Part shown: positions 46,953-55,681 of the stretch, one piece after another | Position numbering within the stretch: the stretch's first letter is position 1 | Layout: the number at the start of each line of letters is the position of its first letter | Assembly: GCA_965220625.1 (NCBI GenBank) | Contig: CBDCQN010000001.1 | Location: 156,930 to 220,929 of the forward strand | DNA: 64,000 nucleotides | Source: Dehalococcoidia bacterium | GTDB taxonomy: Bacteria > Chloroflexota > Dehalococcoidia > Lucifugimonadales > UBA3495 | Reading direction: 5' to 3' | Notes under the pieces: generated by a model | The model's database searches: none | Told to the model about the DNA's origin: nothing | What the model saw: the letters and a program-made list of their open reading frames with translations, nothing else | Program-made: the position numbers and the translations under genes

Positions 46953-47366
46953 GTGGTACGCATCGCGCGCAGCTTTGTGGAAGAAATGGTGGCCCACGCC
47001 AAGGACGATCTGCCCAACGAGTGTTGCGGCATTCTGGCGGGTCCGGAGGGCGAAGTCGCCAGGTCCTTCCGTATGACCAACGTAGAAGCCAGCCCGTTTC
47101 GCTTCTCCATGGACCCTGGAGAATTGGTGCGGGTGGACGGCGAGGCCGGTGACCAAGGCTGGGAACTGCTGGCCATCTATCACTCCCACACCGGCAGCAC
47201 GGCCTACCCGTCCGACACCGACGTGCGAATAGCCGGGGGGACGGCCGAGCTGTGGCCCGATACCCGCTACGTGCTGGTCTCGCTGATGGACCCCGAAACC
47301 CCCGACGTCCGCATCTTCCGGATCAGCGGCGGCGTGGTGACGGAGGAAGCGCTGGAGGTCGTCTGA
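46953..47366 (+). CDS. JAMM/MPN+ (Mov34) metalloprotease-family protein
   Basis: ECCGIL plus the HSHTGSTAYPSDTD JAMM motif. Start set at GTG 46953 with GGGAGG 6 nt upstream; the ORF track start is 46911. Confidence 0.75.
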   Translation: MVRIARSFVEEMVAHAKDDLPNECCGILAGPEGEVARSFRMTNVEASPFRFSMDPGELVRVDGEAGDQGWELLAIYHSHTGSTAYPSDTDVRIAGGTAELWPDTRYVLVSLMDPETPDVRIFRISGGVVTEEALEVV

Positions 47367-49672
47367 CTGTCCGCTGGCGCCGCTCCGCCGGACTGGCCCT
47401 GGCGGTCGCCGCGGCTTTGCTGGCCGTAGTTTCGGCGGCATGCGGAGAACGGCCGGCTCCTACGTTGGCGTTGGCGCCCAAGACCGGACAAACCGTGGCC
47501 CCCTCTCAGGTCCCGCCTCCGCCAGCCTCCCCTTTACCGTCGCGGGCGGCTATTCGCCCCGCACCCGGCGCCACGCAAACGGTCCCAACGGCAGTATCGT
47601 TGCCGCCCACTCCGCATCCCATTCCTCTGCCCACTCCGCATCCTCACAACTCTCCGTGGGCCAAAGAACGCCTCGATGCCATGGTCGCGCTCTACCGTCC
47701 CACTCCGGCCGGCGAGGCGCTGCTCCGCAGCCTCGACCTGCGGCATATGCGGGCGGAGCCCGGCTTCTTCGGCAGCTACGGGTTCGGTCTCTGGGCCGGC
47801 GTTGGAGAAGCCAAGCCCATAGGGGTGATGCACGAGTTGGGACACTCGTACTGGGGCGGCTTTCCGGTAATCGGGCGGCCGGAACTGGGTTGGGAGAAGG
47901 AAGACGGAGCAGAGATCGCGCCGGCCTTGGCCAGCTATCATCAAGACATCCTGGCCTTCATGGCACAACCGCCCGACGATTATGAATTTCTCCGGCAGCG
48001 GCTGCGTCGCCTGCCGGAAGTCTCCGGCGAGAACCCTGAGCCGCTCTTCCACAGCCTGGAGGCCGACCTACCCTATACCACCGGCGGCGACTTGGGTCTG
48101 GTTCCGCCGGTGCTGCGCAGGTACTGGGGACACTTCCTCGGCGAAGGACCGTTCGAGACATGGGAGCGGGCCGTCGGCTGGTTTCAGTCCCTGTCCCATG
48201 AAGAACGGGCCATCGCCGGCAAGTACCTGGGTTTCGAGCACCTGGACTTGCGTCAATATCCGGACCTTGCCCATTACCCGCCGCCGACCCGCTTGCTGGC
48301 CACGAGCGCCCGGGTGCTGGAGGTGGAGGAGCGCCAGCGCCTCACCGATTTAGCCGAGCAGTTCGACCTTCTGCTGGGCGACGCCCAATCGGAAGAGGAC
48401 TTCCGATTTTGGCGGGGCTATCTCCAAGACAAAGTGGCCCTTTACCGCTCTCACCCCGGCCACTTGGAATCGCTGGACCTGCCCTGGGCCAGCGACCTCG
48501 CTGACGCACTGAAATTTTTGTCCAGCCTGTACGGCAGTCCCGCGAGCCGGGCACTAATGCTGGCCGACCGGATTTCCGTCCAGCCGTTCTTGGTGAACTT
48601 CCTGCCCGCAGTGGACAACCAAATATTGGTCAGGCTGTTCGCAGCCAGCCCTCGGTTTCCCCCAGCGGCAACCCTCCAGGCAACGGCGAGCTTCGTGGAG
48701 CGGCTCCAGCGTTTCGGCGCGGTGGTAGACGACATCGCCGTCGCGGGAGGGGAGTCGCCGGAGGCCGGCGCGCGGGCGCTGGAGGAATTCCTGGCCGACA
48801 CCGGCTTGGAGCAAGAACACGACCTGAAGCTGTTTTCCGACCTGTTCCGGGATAACGACCCGCCGCTGGCCCGCCGGATAATGTCGGCCGTCGACCCGGC
48901 TACGGTTCGGGCGTTGATGGTCCCTGTTCCGGTGCAGTTGCGTTCGATATTCGAACCGGAAGGTCTGCTGGGGAAGCTGGACGTGACCGCCGACGCCTCG
49001 GAGGCCGACTTGATACGGGGTATTACCCTGCTCATCGAGGAGCCCTCCGGAAATTACCTGATCGACGGGCCTTTCTTGGAGCGCCTCTACGCGGTGATGG
49101 CCCAACGGGCTCGGACGGTCCCGACGGAGACACTCCTGGTCATGGCCGAAACACCGTTCCCGCTGGAAGGGATGATTATCGGCCAGCCCTCGGCCGCCTC
49201 TGCCGCGCTGTCCAGCGACCGCAGCCTCGCGGTCAAGCTGGTCAAGGACAGCGACGCGGTCCTGGCGCCGCCCGCCCGCATCATCTACCGGCTGATTGCG
49301 TCCGATCCCGACCTGGCCGCCGAGCTTGTGGCCGCCCTGGACTCGGTTGGAGAGGGCCGGTTGGTTGCCGAATCCTTGTCCTATTTCGCCTACGACAAGG
49401 CCAGGTCAGAAAAATTTCCGGAGCTCCCCATTTCGGTGAGCCAAGACGGCGCATTCCTGGAATCGTTGTTGGAACGCCAAGGAACCGGATGGCTGCAATC
49501 GCGGCTCGCCGGCGCCGTGGAGCTCTACCGGGCCCGAGTAGCGGCCGGGGAGGTCGCGCCAAACTTCCTGGACCGTTACCGCGAGACGCTGGAAGCCGCC
49601 GCCGGGACACTGGGGGCAAGCGATGGAGAACGCCTTATGGCGGTCATACGCCCCGCGTTCAACCCAGTATAA
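47252..49672 (+). CDS. Large hypothetical lipoprotein with HExxH motif (putative zinc metallopeptidase-like)
   Basis: RWRRSAGLALAVAAALLAVVSAAC (RR motif plus lipobox), a Pro-rich linker and VMHELGHSYWG. The only in-frame ATG/GTG/TTG upstream of the signal is GTG 47252, which overlaps the JAMM gene by 115 nt. Confidence 0.55.
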   Translation: MARYPLRAGLADGPRNPRRPHLPDQRRRGDGGSAGGRLTVRWRRSAGLALAVAAALLAVVSAACGERPAPTLALAPKTGQTVAPSQVPPPPASPLPSRAAIRPAPGATQTVPTAVSLPPTPHPIPLPTPHPHNSPWAKERLDAMVALYRPTPAGEALLRSLDLRHMRAEPGFFGSYGFGLWAGVGEAKPIGVMHELGHSYWGGFPVIGRPELGWEKEDGAEIAPALASYHQDILAFMAQPPDDYEFLRQRLRRLPEVSGENPEPLFHSLEADLPYTTGGDLGLVPPVLRRYWGHFLGEGPFETWERAVGWFQSLSHEERAIAGKYLGFEHLDLRQYPDLAHYPPPTRLLATSARVLEVEERQRLTDLAEQFDLLLGDAQSEEDFRFWRGYLQDKVALYRSHPGHLESLDLPWASDLADALKFLSSLYGSPASRALMLADRISVQPFLVNFLPAVDNQILVRLFAASPRFPPAATLQATASFVERLQRFGAVVDDIAVAGGESPEAGARALEEFLADTGLEQEHDLKLFSDLFRDNDPPLARRIMSAVDPATVRALMVPVPVQLRSIFEPEGLLGKLDVTADASEADLIRGITLLIEEPSGNYLIDGPFLERLYAVMAQRARTVPTETLLVMAETPFPLEGMIIGQPSAASAALSSDRSLAVKLVKDSDAVLAPPARIIYRLIASDPDLAAELVAALDSVGEGRLVAESLSYFAYDKARSEKFPELPISVSQDGAFLESLLERQGTGWLQSRLAGAVELYRARVAAGEVAPNFLDRYRETLEAAAGTLGASDGERLMAVIRPAFNPV

Positions 49673-49720
49673 AGGAAAAATGCTGCATCTATCAGGCGAA
49701 ACTCGACACTGCCCTGCTTC

Positions 49721-50599
49721 TTAAGGTCCGTTCCAACCAGTGGGGTCAGCATACCGCCGAGTCAAGTGCCAATTGCCTCCGGCGAGTTCTATCAACCCCT
49801 GACGTCTCAGATTTACTTGAGCGCCCCTTACCCGGTGTTTCCATTCCCTGCCGAACCGTACGCCATTGATAACTCGGTCGATCCTATCATCACACAAATC
49901 AGGATGAATCATGCTGATAAGGGGATGGATATCCCTCGTCGCCAATGGCCCGTCTCTGAGAATGTAAACGATCGTCCGGGCGAAGATCGAGTTCGTACTT
50001 TCCCCTGGTTTGGCCCTAAGTAATCTCAGGGACTCTACCGTAACTTCCAATTGTTGTTCGAACTCGTCCTTGAATCTCTTTTGAGCCGAGTTTAACGCTT
50101 CCGAATATTTGGCCTTAAGCGATTCAGAAATCTCGGCCAGGCCGTCCAATTCATCGATTGAAACCTGGGTTCCAAGCCGCCCGTAGGCTACCAGGTCGCT
50201 AGCAATTCTTCGCACCGCAGCGGGATCGTCAACTTGAATGCCATATTCGTAATTCTGGAACAGGGAACTGCTCGTTAAATTCCCAGAGGTGACTATCGCG
50301 GTGTGTTCATCGGCGACGTAGGATTTTGCATGTAGACCCGGAAGGTGTCGTACAGTTATTTCGGGGAATTCTTTGCAAAATTTGGCGACCGCCTTAGTGT
50401 CCAGGGATCCTTGGAGCATACTGCCCGGTGCCAAATTAGTAAGAAGAACGACATGCGGGGGGGTTCTCCCCTGCAACAGAGAAGTGAACCGCAGCAATGG
50501 CTCCTCCGTAATGAACGGCGAAACAATAATGGCTCGCTGACGGACCGACCTCACAAAGCTATCAAACGTCTTCGCCCAGGGGGATCTGACGGTTTGCAT
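49721..50599 (-). CDS. PLD-family (single HKD motif) nuclease with C-terminal Mrr_N-like winged-helix domain
   Basis: HKD motif GLHAKSYVADEHTAIVTSGNLT. C-terminal ILRDGPLATRDI...WKHRVRGAQVNLRRQGLIELAGGNWHLT resembles the Mrr N-terminal wHTH. ATG 50599 lies 1 nt after the upstream stop; an alternative TTG start is at 50641. Confidence 0.65.
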   Translation of the reverse strand: MQTVRSPWAKTFDSFVRSVRQRAIIVSPFITEEPLLRFTSLLQGRTPPHVVLLTNLAPGSMLQGSLDTKAVAKFCKEFPEITVRHLPGLHAKSYVADEHTAIVTSGNLTSSSLFQNYEYGIQVDDPAAVRRIASDLVAYGRLGTQVSIDELDGLAEISESLKAKYSEALNSAQKRFKDEFEQQLEVTVESLRLLRAKPGESTNSIFARTIVYILRDGPLATRDIHPLISMIHPDLCDDRIDRVINGVRFGREWKHRVRGAQVNLRRQGLIELAGGNWHLTRRYADPTGWNGP

Positions 50600-50600
50600 A

Positions 50601-52025
50601 TCAGGCCAAGAGAGAACTGAAGCCGATTTGTACAGGAGCAATTTGAAGGGGATCCCCCAGCCGAAGCCTTTTCGTGTTCATAACGTGGCGGGCTTCGCGG
50701 GTAAACACATCAACAATTGCCGCTGGATTCTGGCTTACCAGGACGATGTCGCTACTGTCTAACATTACAATGCAGATATTAGTATCGATCATAACCTGGT
50801 CCGCGTATCTACGGGCTTTCCCATCTATTTCTCCCGTTGACACCATGACGATTTTACTGGTCTCAAGGAAGCGTGTTAGTCCCACTTCCTTAGCCACATC
50901 GTCGAGAGACAAACTGACTGTATTCTTGCACTGTACCTGCCACCGGGAGAATCCGGGCCAAGCACCCTTGAAGACTAAATCTACTTCAGTACCGTCAGTT
51001 GCACTCCCCCGAAGTCGGGTAGCAACATAAGTGAGTCCGGTGAGACCCATCAGCTTGAATGCCAAGGCCTCAAGTGCTAGACCTCGGACATGTGGATTCT
51101 CGGAATCTAGCTCATTGCGAATTTCGGTGATTGTCCGCCTCAACAAAGGACGCAAATCCCTATGCGTCTGTTGCTCTAGCTGCTCGACCAAAGGCGCAAT
51201 AACGTCAACCGTTAGCTTGGATGTAGCTGTAACTAGGAATGGTTTGGCGCCTCGCCCGGCTTGCTTGGTGCCACGTTCAAGAGTCAGATAGCCAGTGTCG
51301 CGCAAACGATACAGAACTTGCTTAGGCAAATTTTTCTCGTTAAACAGGATGCCGTATGTTGCGGTGGCGAGCTTTTCGATATCGTTAGAAAAATGGGGTC
51401 CACCACCGCCCATGTTGGCGAGCGTCTTCAGATAGGCTCGTTGCTCGGCTGTGAAAGTTGCAAGCGCCTCGACCTCTTGCATCCTTACACCGAGAAGCTC
51501 GTCTAAACATCCGTTATCAACCCGGTATCCGGAAACGAAGACACCGGCCTTCTCGAGCCATAAGCGTAGGGTGCTCATGTGTTTTCCGCCACGCGGAACA
51601 TTGATGCCACGCTCAATGAGCCAACCCCGAAGACGCGTTAGATCGATCTCTTCGCCTGCGGATTGCATATCGAGTATGCATTGCACGAAATTCATGCCCT
51701 GGCAATTCATCAGGATGTGTCTTCCGAAAGCCTTGTGGAAGGCCGGCCCGTCGCCTCTTAACTCATAGAGAGCATTACCAACTGATGTGAGCGTAGCGTC
51801 CTTCTCTCCGATGAGCCCATAAGCACGAAGGGCCAGCTTGCTATTGTTGGCCAGCTTGGATTTGTTGTAGTCGGACGTTTCGTGCTGGTCAAAATAGCGG
51901 TCCCGGACCGCAGCCTCAAAGGCCTTCCAGTCGGCGCCGTGCGTGTTAGCGAAGTCCAAGAGGACCCTAACGTCGACCTGTGCGGGAGAGAATTCGCTCC
52001 CAAATGGCAAGTCACTACGAGGCAT
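50601..52025 (-). CDS. Mrr-catalytic-domain restriction endonuclease-like protein with N-terminal helical/wHTH region
   Basis: 474 aa. C-terminal TDGTEVDLVFKG...RWQVQCKNT matches the Mrr_cat D...(Q/E)xK core. About 330 aa of N-terminal region has unassigned function. Confidence 0.65.
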   Translation of the reverse strand: MPRSDLPFGSEFSPAQVDVRVLLDFANTHGADWKAFEAAVRDRYFDQHETSDYNKSKLANNSKLALRAYGLIGEKDATLTSVGNALYELRGDGPAFHKAFGRHILMNCQGMNFVQCILDMQSAGEEIDLTRLRGWLIERGINVPRGGKHMSTLRLWLEKAGVFVSGYRVDNGCLDELLGVRMQEVEALATFTAEQRAYLKTLANMGGGGPHFSNDIEKLATATYGILFNEKNLPKQVLYRLRDTGYLTLERGTKQAGRGAKPFLVTATSKLTVDVIAPLVEQLEQQTHRDLRPLLRRTITEIRNELDSENPHVRGLALEALAFKLMGLTGLTYVATRLRGSATDGTEVDLVFKGAWPGFSRWQVQCKNTVSLSLDDVAKEVGLTRFLETSKIVMVSTGEIDGKARRYADQVMIDTNICIVMLDSSDIVLVSQNPAAIVDVFTREARHVMNTKRLRLGDPLQIAPVQIGFSSLLA

Positions 52026-52179
52026 AACGTCCCGCTGGCGCTGAGGGTAGAACGTACCGCGTATTCATGCTGGTAATGTGGACATACTGGCACAAGCTGT
52101 CAACACCTGTTTGACAGCACACCACCAAGCCGCCGCTTGGCCATCAGCGATTGATGGACTCTGATAATTCTCTAATGGG

Positions 52180-53238
52180 CTACCCGTCCTCGCCGATCCG
52201 GGCCGAGGGCGAACGCGCCTCGGTCTCCTCTGAACCGGCGGCCCCCAGTGTGACAACCGCTATCGCGCCCGCGATATAGCCGGCGGCCATCAACGACAGC
52301 AGGCCTGCGGCGATTGCCGCTCGTATCTTTTCGCGGAACATGATCAGCACGAAGCCCACCAGCATCAGGCCTATGGCCATTCCGCCCGCGACGAAGTGCG
52401 CGGGCTCGGTCTGCAGCCCCAGGATGCCGCCACGGTAGAAGATGTCGGCATAAAACAGGATAGTAATGTTAAAAGCGCAGCTACCGTAGAGCCCGGCCAC
52501 CCCCAAGTCCATTGCCCCGATGCGGGCGGCGGCGATTGTGGAAGCCGCCTCTGGCATGGTGGTAACCAGCGACACCAACAGGATCCCCAGGGTGCTGGAC
52601 GCAACACCGGTAATGTCCGCGATCCGGTCTGTGCTCCACGCCAGGAAGAATCCGGCAACGACCACGCCGGCCGACACCAGGAGGAACAGGACCCAAGCCC
52701 GGCGCAGGGTCATTCCAGGGTCGTCGGAACCCTCGTCGTCGCTAGCCGGGCGGGTTGCGTAGACCCAATACATTCCGGCCAGGAACACGCCGAGGAGAAT
52801 GACGGACGACAGCCCGATTTGGAAGGCGCTCACCCCGAACTGGGTGGCCCCGAAGATCAGGGCAAGCCCCGTAAGCAGAGCTGCGACGACTATCAAATAG
52901 CCCTGCTGCGGCGCAACGCGCTGCAGGAAGCGCTTTCCCCCGAAGGCCAGAGCCACCGCCGCAAAGGTGAACATGTTCAACATGTTGGCGCCGAACACGT
53001 TGCCCACCGCCAGTTCGGGGTTGGGGGGGTCCAGTTGCACCGCCGATATGTTGGTGGCCAGTTCCGGCAACGACGTGGCCAAGGCAATCAGGATGCTCCC
53101 CACGAACAACCGCCCCCAGCCGGTGAGCGTGGCCAGAGCGTCGCCGTAGACCGCCAGCCGCGTGCCAAAGAATATGACGGCAGCGGCGCTGCCAAGGAAA
53201 ACAAGGATGGCAATGGAGAGGCTGGTGAGTTCTGCCAT
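52180..53238 (-). CDS. Ca2+/cation antiporter (CaCA, Na+/Ca2+ exchanger-type) membrane protein
   Basis: 352 aa polytopic protein. Two alpha-repeat signatures (SLPELATN...GNVFGANMLN and TMPEAAST...GSCAFN). Confidence 0.8.
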   Translation of the reverse strand: MAELTSLSIAILVFLGSAAAVIFFGTRLAVYGDALATLTGWGRLFVGSILIALATSLPELATNISAVQLDPPNPELAVGNVFGANMLNMFTFAAVALAFGGKRFLQRVAPQQGYLIVVAALLTGLALIFGATQFGVSAFQIGLSSVILLGVFLAGMYWVYATRPASDDEGSDDPGMTLRRAWVLFLLVSAGVVVAGFFLAWSTDRIADITGVASSTLGILLVSLVTTMPEAASTIAAARIGAMDLGVAGLYGSCAFNITILFYADIFYRGGILGLQTEPAHFVAGGMAIGLMLVGFVLIMFREKIRAAIAAGLLSLMAAGYIAGAIAVVTLGAAGSEETEARSPSARIGEDG

Positions 53239-53298
53239 CGTCGACTAAACCACGGCGCGGGCCATTGAAGAGATTCTGAAAACTCTGCGCTTCTGCGG

Positions 53299-54402
53299 TT
53301 AGTCTGCGCCGGTTTCGATGGCGGCGACTATCCGGTCGCCCATTTCGACGGTCCCGACGCTTTCCGCGCCGGCAACGCTGATGTCGGCGGTCCGGACGTT
53401 CTGGCCCAGGACCTGCTCGACCGCTCGTTCCACGGCCGCGGCCTCTTCGGTCAGGCCAAGGGAATAGCGCACCATCATAGCCGCGCTGAGTATGGAGCCT
53501 ATGGGGTTGGCGATACCCTGGCCCGCTATGTCGGGAGCGGTGCCGTGGATCGGCTCATACATTCCCTTGGAACGCTGCCCGGCAGTCGGAACACCGGACA
53601 GGCTGGCAGAGGGCAACACGCCCATGGACGCAGCCAGCACCGAGGCCTCGTCGGTCAGTATGTCGCCGAAGGTGTTTTCAGCCACGATGACGTCAAAGCG
53701 CGACGGCCGTTGGATTAGCTGCATCGCACAGGCGTCCACGAGCACATGTTCCAGCTCGACGTCGGGGTATTCCTCACCCAAACGGACGGCGATGGACCTC
53801 CAGAGCCGGGAGCACTCGAGAACGTTGGCCTTGTCCACCGAAGTGAGCTTGTAACGCCGGCCCCGTGCCAATTCGAACCCGATCCGCAGGACCCGCTCGA
53901 TCTCCCCTTCGGTGTACCTCATGGTGTCTTCCGCGATCATCCCGTTGGGAGTCTCCCGGCGTCCCCTGGGCTCGGCGTAGTAAAGCCCTCCCGTCAGTTC
54001 CCGGACGACAACCAAATCGACGTCCCGCACCACCTCCGGCTTGAGGACGCTGGACTCGATGAGCCAAGGATAGACCTTGACCGGCCGTATGTTGGCGAAC
54101 ACGCCCATGTGGGCCCGGATGGCCAACAGCCCCTGCTCCGGACGCACCGTCGCGCCGGGGTCATCCCACTTGGGGCCGCCAACCGCGCCGAAAAGAACAG
54201 CGTCGGCGGCATCGGTCATGGCGCGGACCTCTTCGGTGAACGGCACGCCGTGGTTGTCGATGGAAATGCCGCCGATGTCCCCGTAAGCGAGGTTGAAGCG
54301 GTGGCCGAAGCCACGGCCCACGGCTTCCAAAACGCGAACACCCTGATCGGTAACTTCCGGCCCGATGCCGTCCCCGCTCAAAACCGCGATGTCGAAGTCC
54401 AC
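53299..54402 (-). CDS. leuB: 3-isopropylmalate dehydrogenase
   Basis: 367 aa. LSGDGIGPEV, GAVGGPKWD, LYYAEPRG and NTFGDILTDEAS motifs. Confidence 0.9.
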   Translation of the reverse strand: MDFDIAVLSGDGIGPEVTDQGVRVLEAVGRGFGHRFNLAYGDIGGISIDNHGVPFTEEVRAMTDAADAVLFGAVGGPKWDDPGATVRPEQGLLAIRAHMGVFANIRPVKVYPWLIESSVLKPEVVRDVDLVVVRELTGGLYYAEPRGRRETPNGMIAEDTMRYTEGEIERVLRIGFELARGRRYKLTSVDKANVLECSRLWRSIAVRLGEEYPDVELEHVLVDACAMQLIQRPSRFDVIVAENTFGDILTDEASVLAASMGVLPSASLSGVPTAGQRSKGMYEPIHGTAPDIAGQGIANPIGSILSAAMMVRYSLGLTEEAAAVERAVEQVLGQNVRTADISVAGAESVGTVEMGDRIVAAIETGAD

Positions 54403-54520
54403 GCGTTCCTCCCGGATTCCGTGGTGTGGCCGGATCCCGTGGTGTGGAATGAACCGCCACAGTATACACCACGTTAAAGTACAGAGAACTCAAAGGCAGG
54501 TCCCGCGCAGGGTCTTTCAA

Positions 54521-54560
54521 TTCTCCCTCTCCCTCGAGGGAGAGGGTTGGGGCGAGGGTG
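54521..54560. repeat. REP-like hairpin element (CCTCTCCCTCGAGGGAGAGG...GGCGAGGGTG)
   Basis: Palindromic core CCCTCTCCCTCGAGGGAGAGGG. Related to 17386-17422. Confidence 0.65.
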
Positions 54561-54598
54561 AAATGCTGGCAATAACGATGGTCGCTCACGTTAGGGAA

Positions 54599-54637
54599 CG
54601 CCCCCACCCTAACCCTCCCCCAAATGGGGGAGGGGAC
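54599..54637. repeat. REP-like hairpin element, second copy of 38728-38766 type
   Basis: CGCCCCCACCCTAACCCTCCCCCAAATGGGGGAGGGGAC. Confidence 0.7.
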
Positions 54638-54713
54638 AATTAAATGACCCTGGGTCCCGCGTGTTAGCCTGCGTGTTAGAATGTTGCCCACCGGGGACAA
54701 ACACGGAGCGGAC

Positions 54714-55301
54714 ATGCAACGAGAGACAGTCGCCAAACGCCGGTTTATGACCGCTGAAGAGTTTCTGCTGATGCCGGAGGAGGATGGCAAACGGTATGAA
54801 CTCATTCACGGGGTACTCAGCGAGAAAGTAGGGCCGGGAGAGGGAATGGCTCCAGGACACATCCACGCCATCGTAGTAAGCCGGTTCGCTATGGCTATTT
54901 CTGTTTATTCTGACGAAAACAATACCGGGCAAACCTGCACCGGCGAGCCTGGCTACCGGCTGGCAAACGGCCCGGACATTGTGCGCGCGCCGGACGTGGC
55001 CTGGATTGCGCCTGGACGGGTGCCGGAAGGAACGCGGGGCTACCCCCAACTTGCCCCCGACCTGGTAGTCGAGGTGAAGTCGCCCAGCAATTCGTACGCG
55101 TCCTTGGCGGACAAGGCGGCGATGTGGCTAAGTCATGGTTCGCGAGCGGTCTGGGTGGGCGACCCGGACCACACCGACGTTACCGTATACCGGCCCGGCG
55201 CCTCGCCGATACTGCTGGGTGAGGATGACGTGTTGGACGGTGGAGACGTGCTTCCCGGCTTCAGCATCCCAGTGTGGCGCCTCTTTCGCCGGCAGCACTA
55301 G
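54714..55301 (+). CDS. Uma2-family putative endonuclease
   Basis: RYELIHGVL, PDVAWIAPGRVPEG and PDLVVEVKSPSN (PD-ExK), with LPGFSIPV at the C-terminus. Start set at ATG 54714. Confidence 0.8.
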   Translation: MQRETVAKRRFMTAEEFLLMPEEDGKRYELIHGVLSEKVGPGEGMAPGHIHAIVVSRFAMAISVYSDENNTGQTCTGEPGYRLANGPDIVRAPDVAWIAPGRVPEGTRGYPQLAPDLVVEVKSPSNSYASLADKAAMWLSHGSRAVWVGDPDHTDVTVYRPGASPILLGEDDVLDGGDVLPGFSIPVWRLFRRQH

Positions 55302-55420
55302 TACTCAGTCAACCGCGGAATCGGAAGGGTCTGGAAGCGAAGGGTCGGACCGATGGCCTTGGACCGTCCCTCCGCAAGTCGGTTTGGGTAATTGTTATTT
55401 GGCGGTTGACTGAGTACTAG
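55298..55420. repeat. Perfect 19 bp inverted repeat with 85 nt spacer, overlapping the Uma2 stop codon
   Basis: CTAGTACTCAGTCAACCGC at 55298-55316 and GCGGTTGACTGAGTACTAG at 55402-55420. Confidence 0.85.
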
Positions 55421-55471
55421 GGGCGGACCGGCACTGGCAAGCCCACCCGGCGTTAAGGCGGCAGACACAGG

Positions 55472-55616
55472 CCTCCCGGCGTCGCTTGGGCTCGGCGCAA
55501 TATAGCCCTCCCGCCAGTTCCCGGACGACAGCCGAATCGACATCCCGCACCACCTCCGGCTTGAGGACTCTGGACTCGATGAGCCAGGGATAAACCCTGA
55601 CCGGACGGATGTTGGC
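55472..55616 (-). pseudogene. 145 bp internal fragment of a leuB-like gene
   Basis: Gap-free hand alignment to leuB 53952-54096 gives 17 mismatches in 145 nt. Same orientation. No start, stop or flanking leuB sequence. Confidence 0.75.
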
Positions 55617-55681
55617 CCGCGCCGGGCGGAGGAGAGTACTGCCAGATGCTACAATAACCTCATATTCCCGGATGGCAGGAC

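Larger units (their letters stand above)
49690..52150. other. Low-GC islet carrying two nuclease genes
   Basis: Hand counts of 60-nt lines give 40 percent GC inside (50041-50100 and 51301-51360). The flanks give 68 percent (52261-52320) and 82 percent (49501-49560). Confidence 0.7.
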
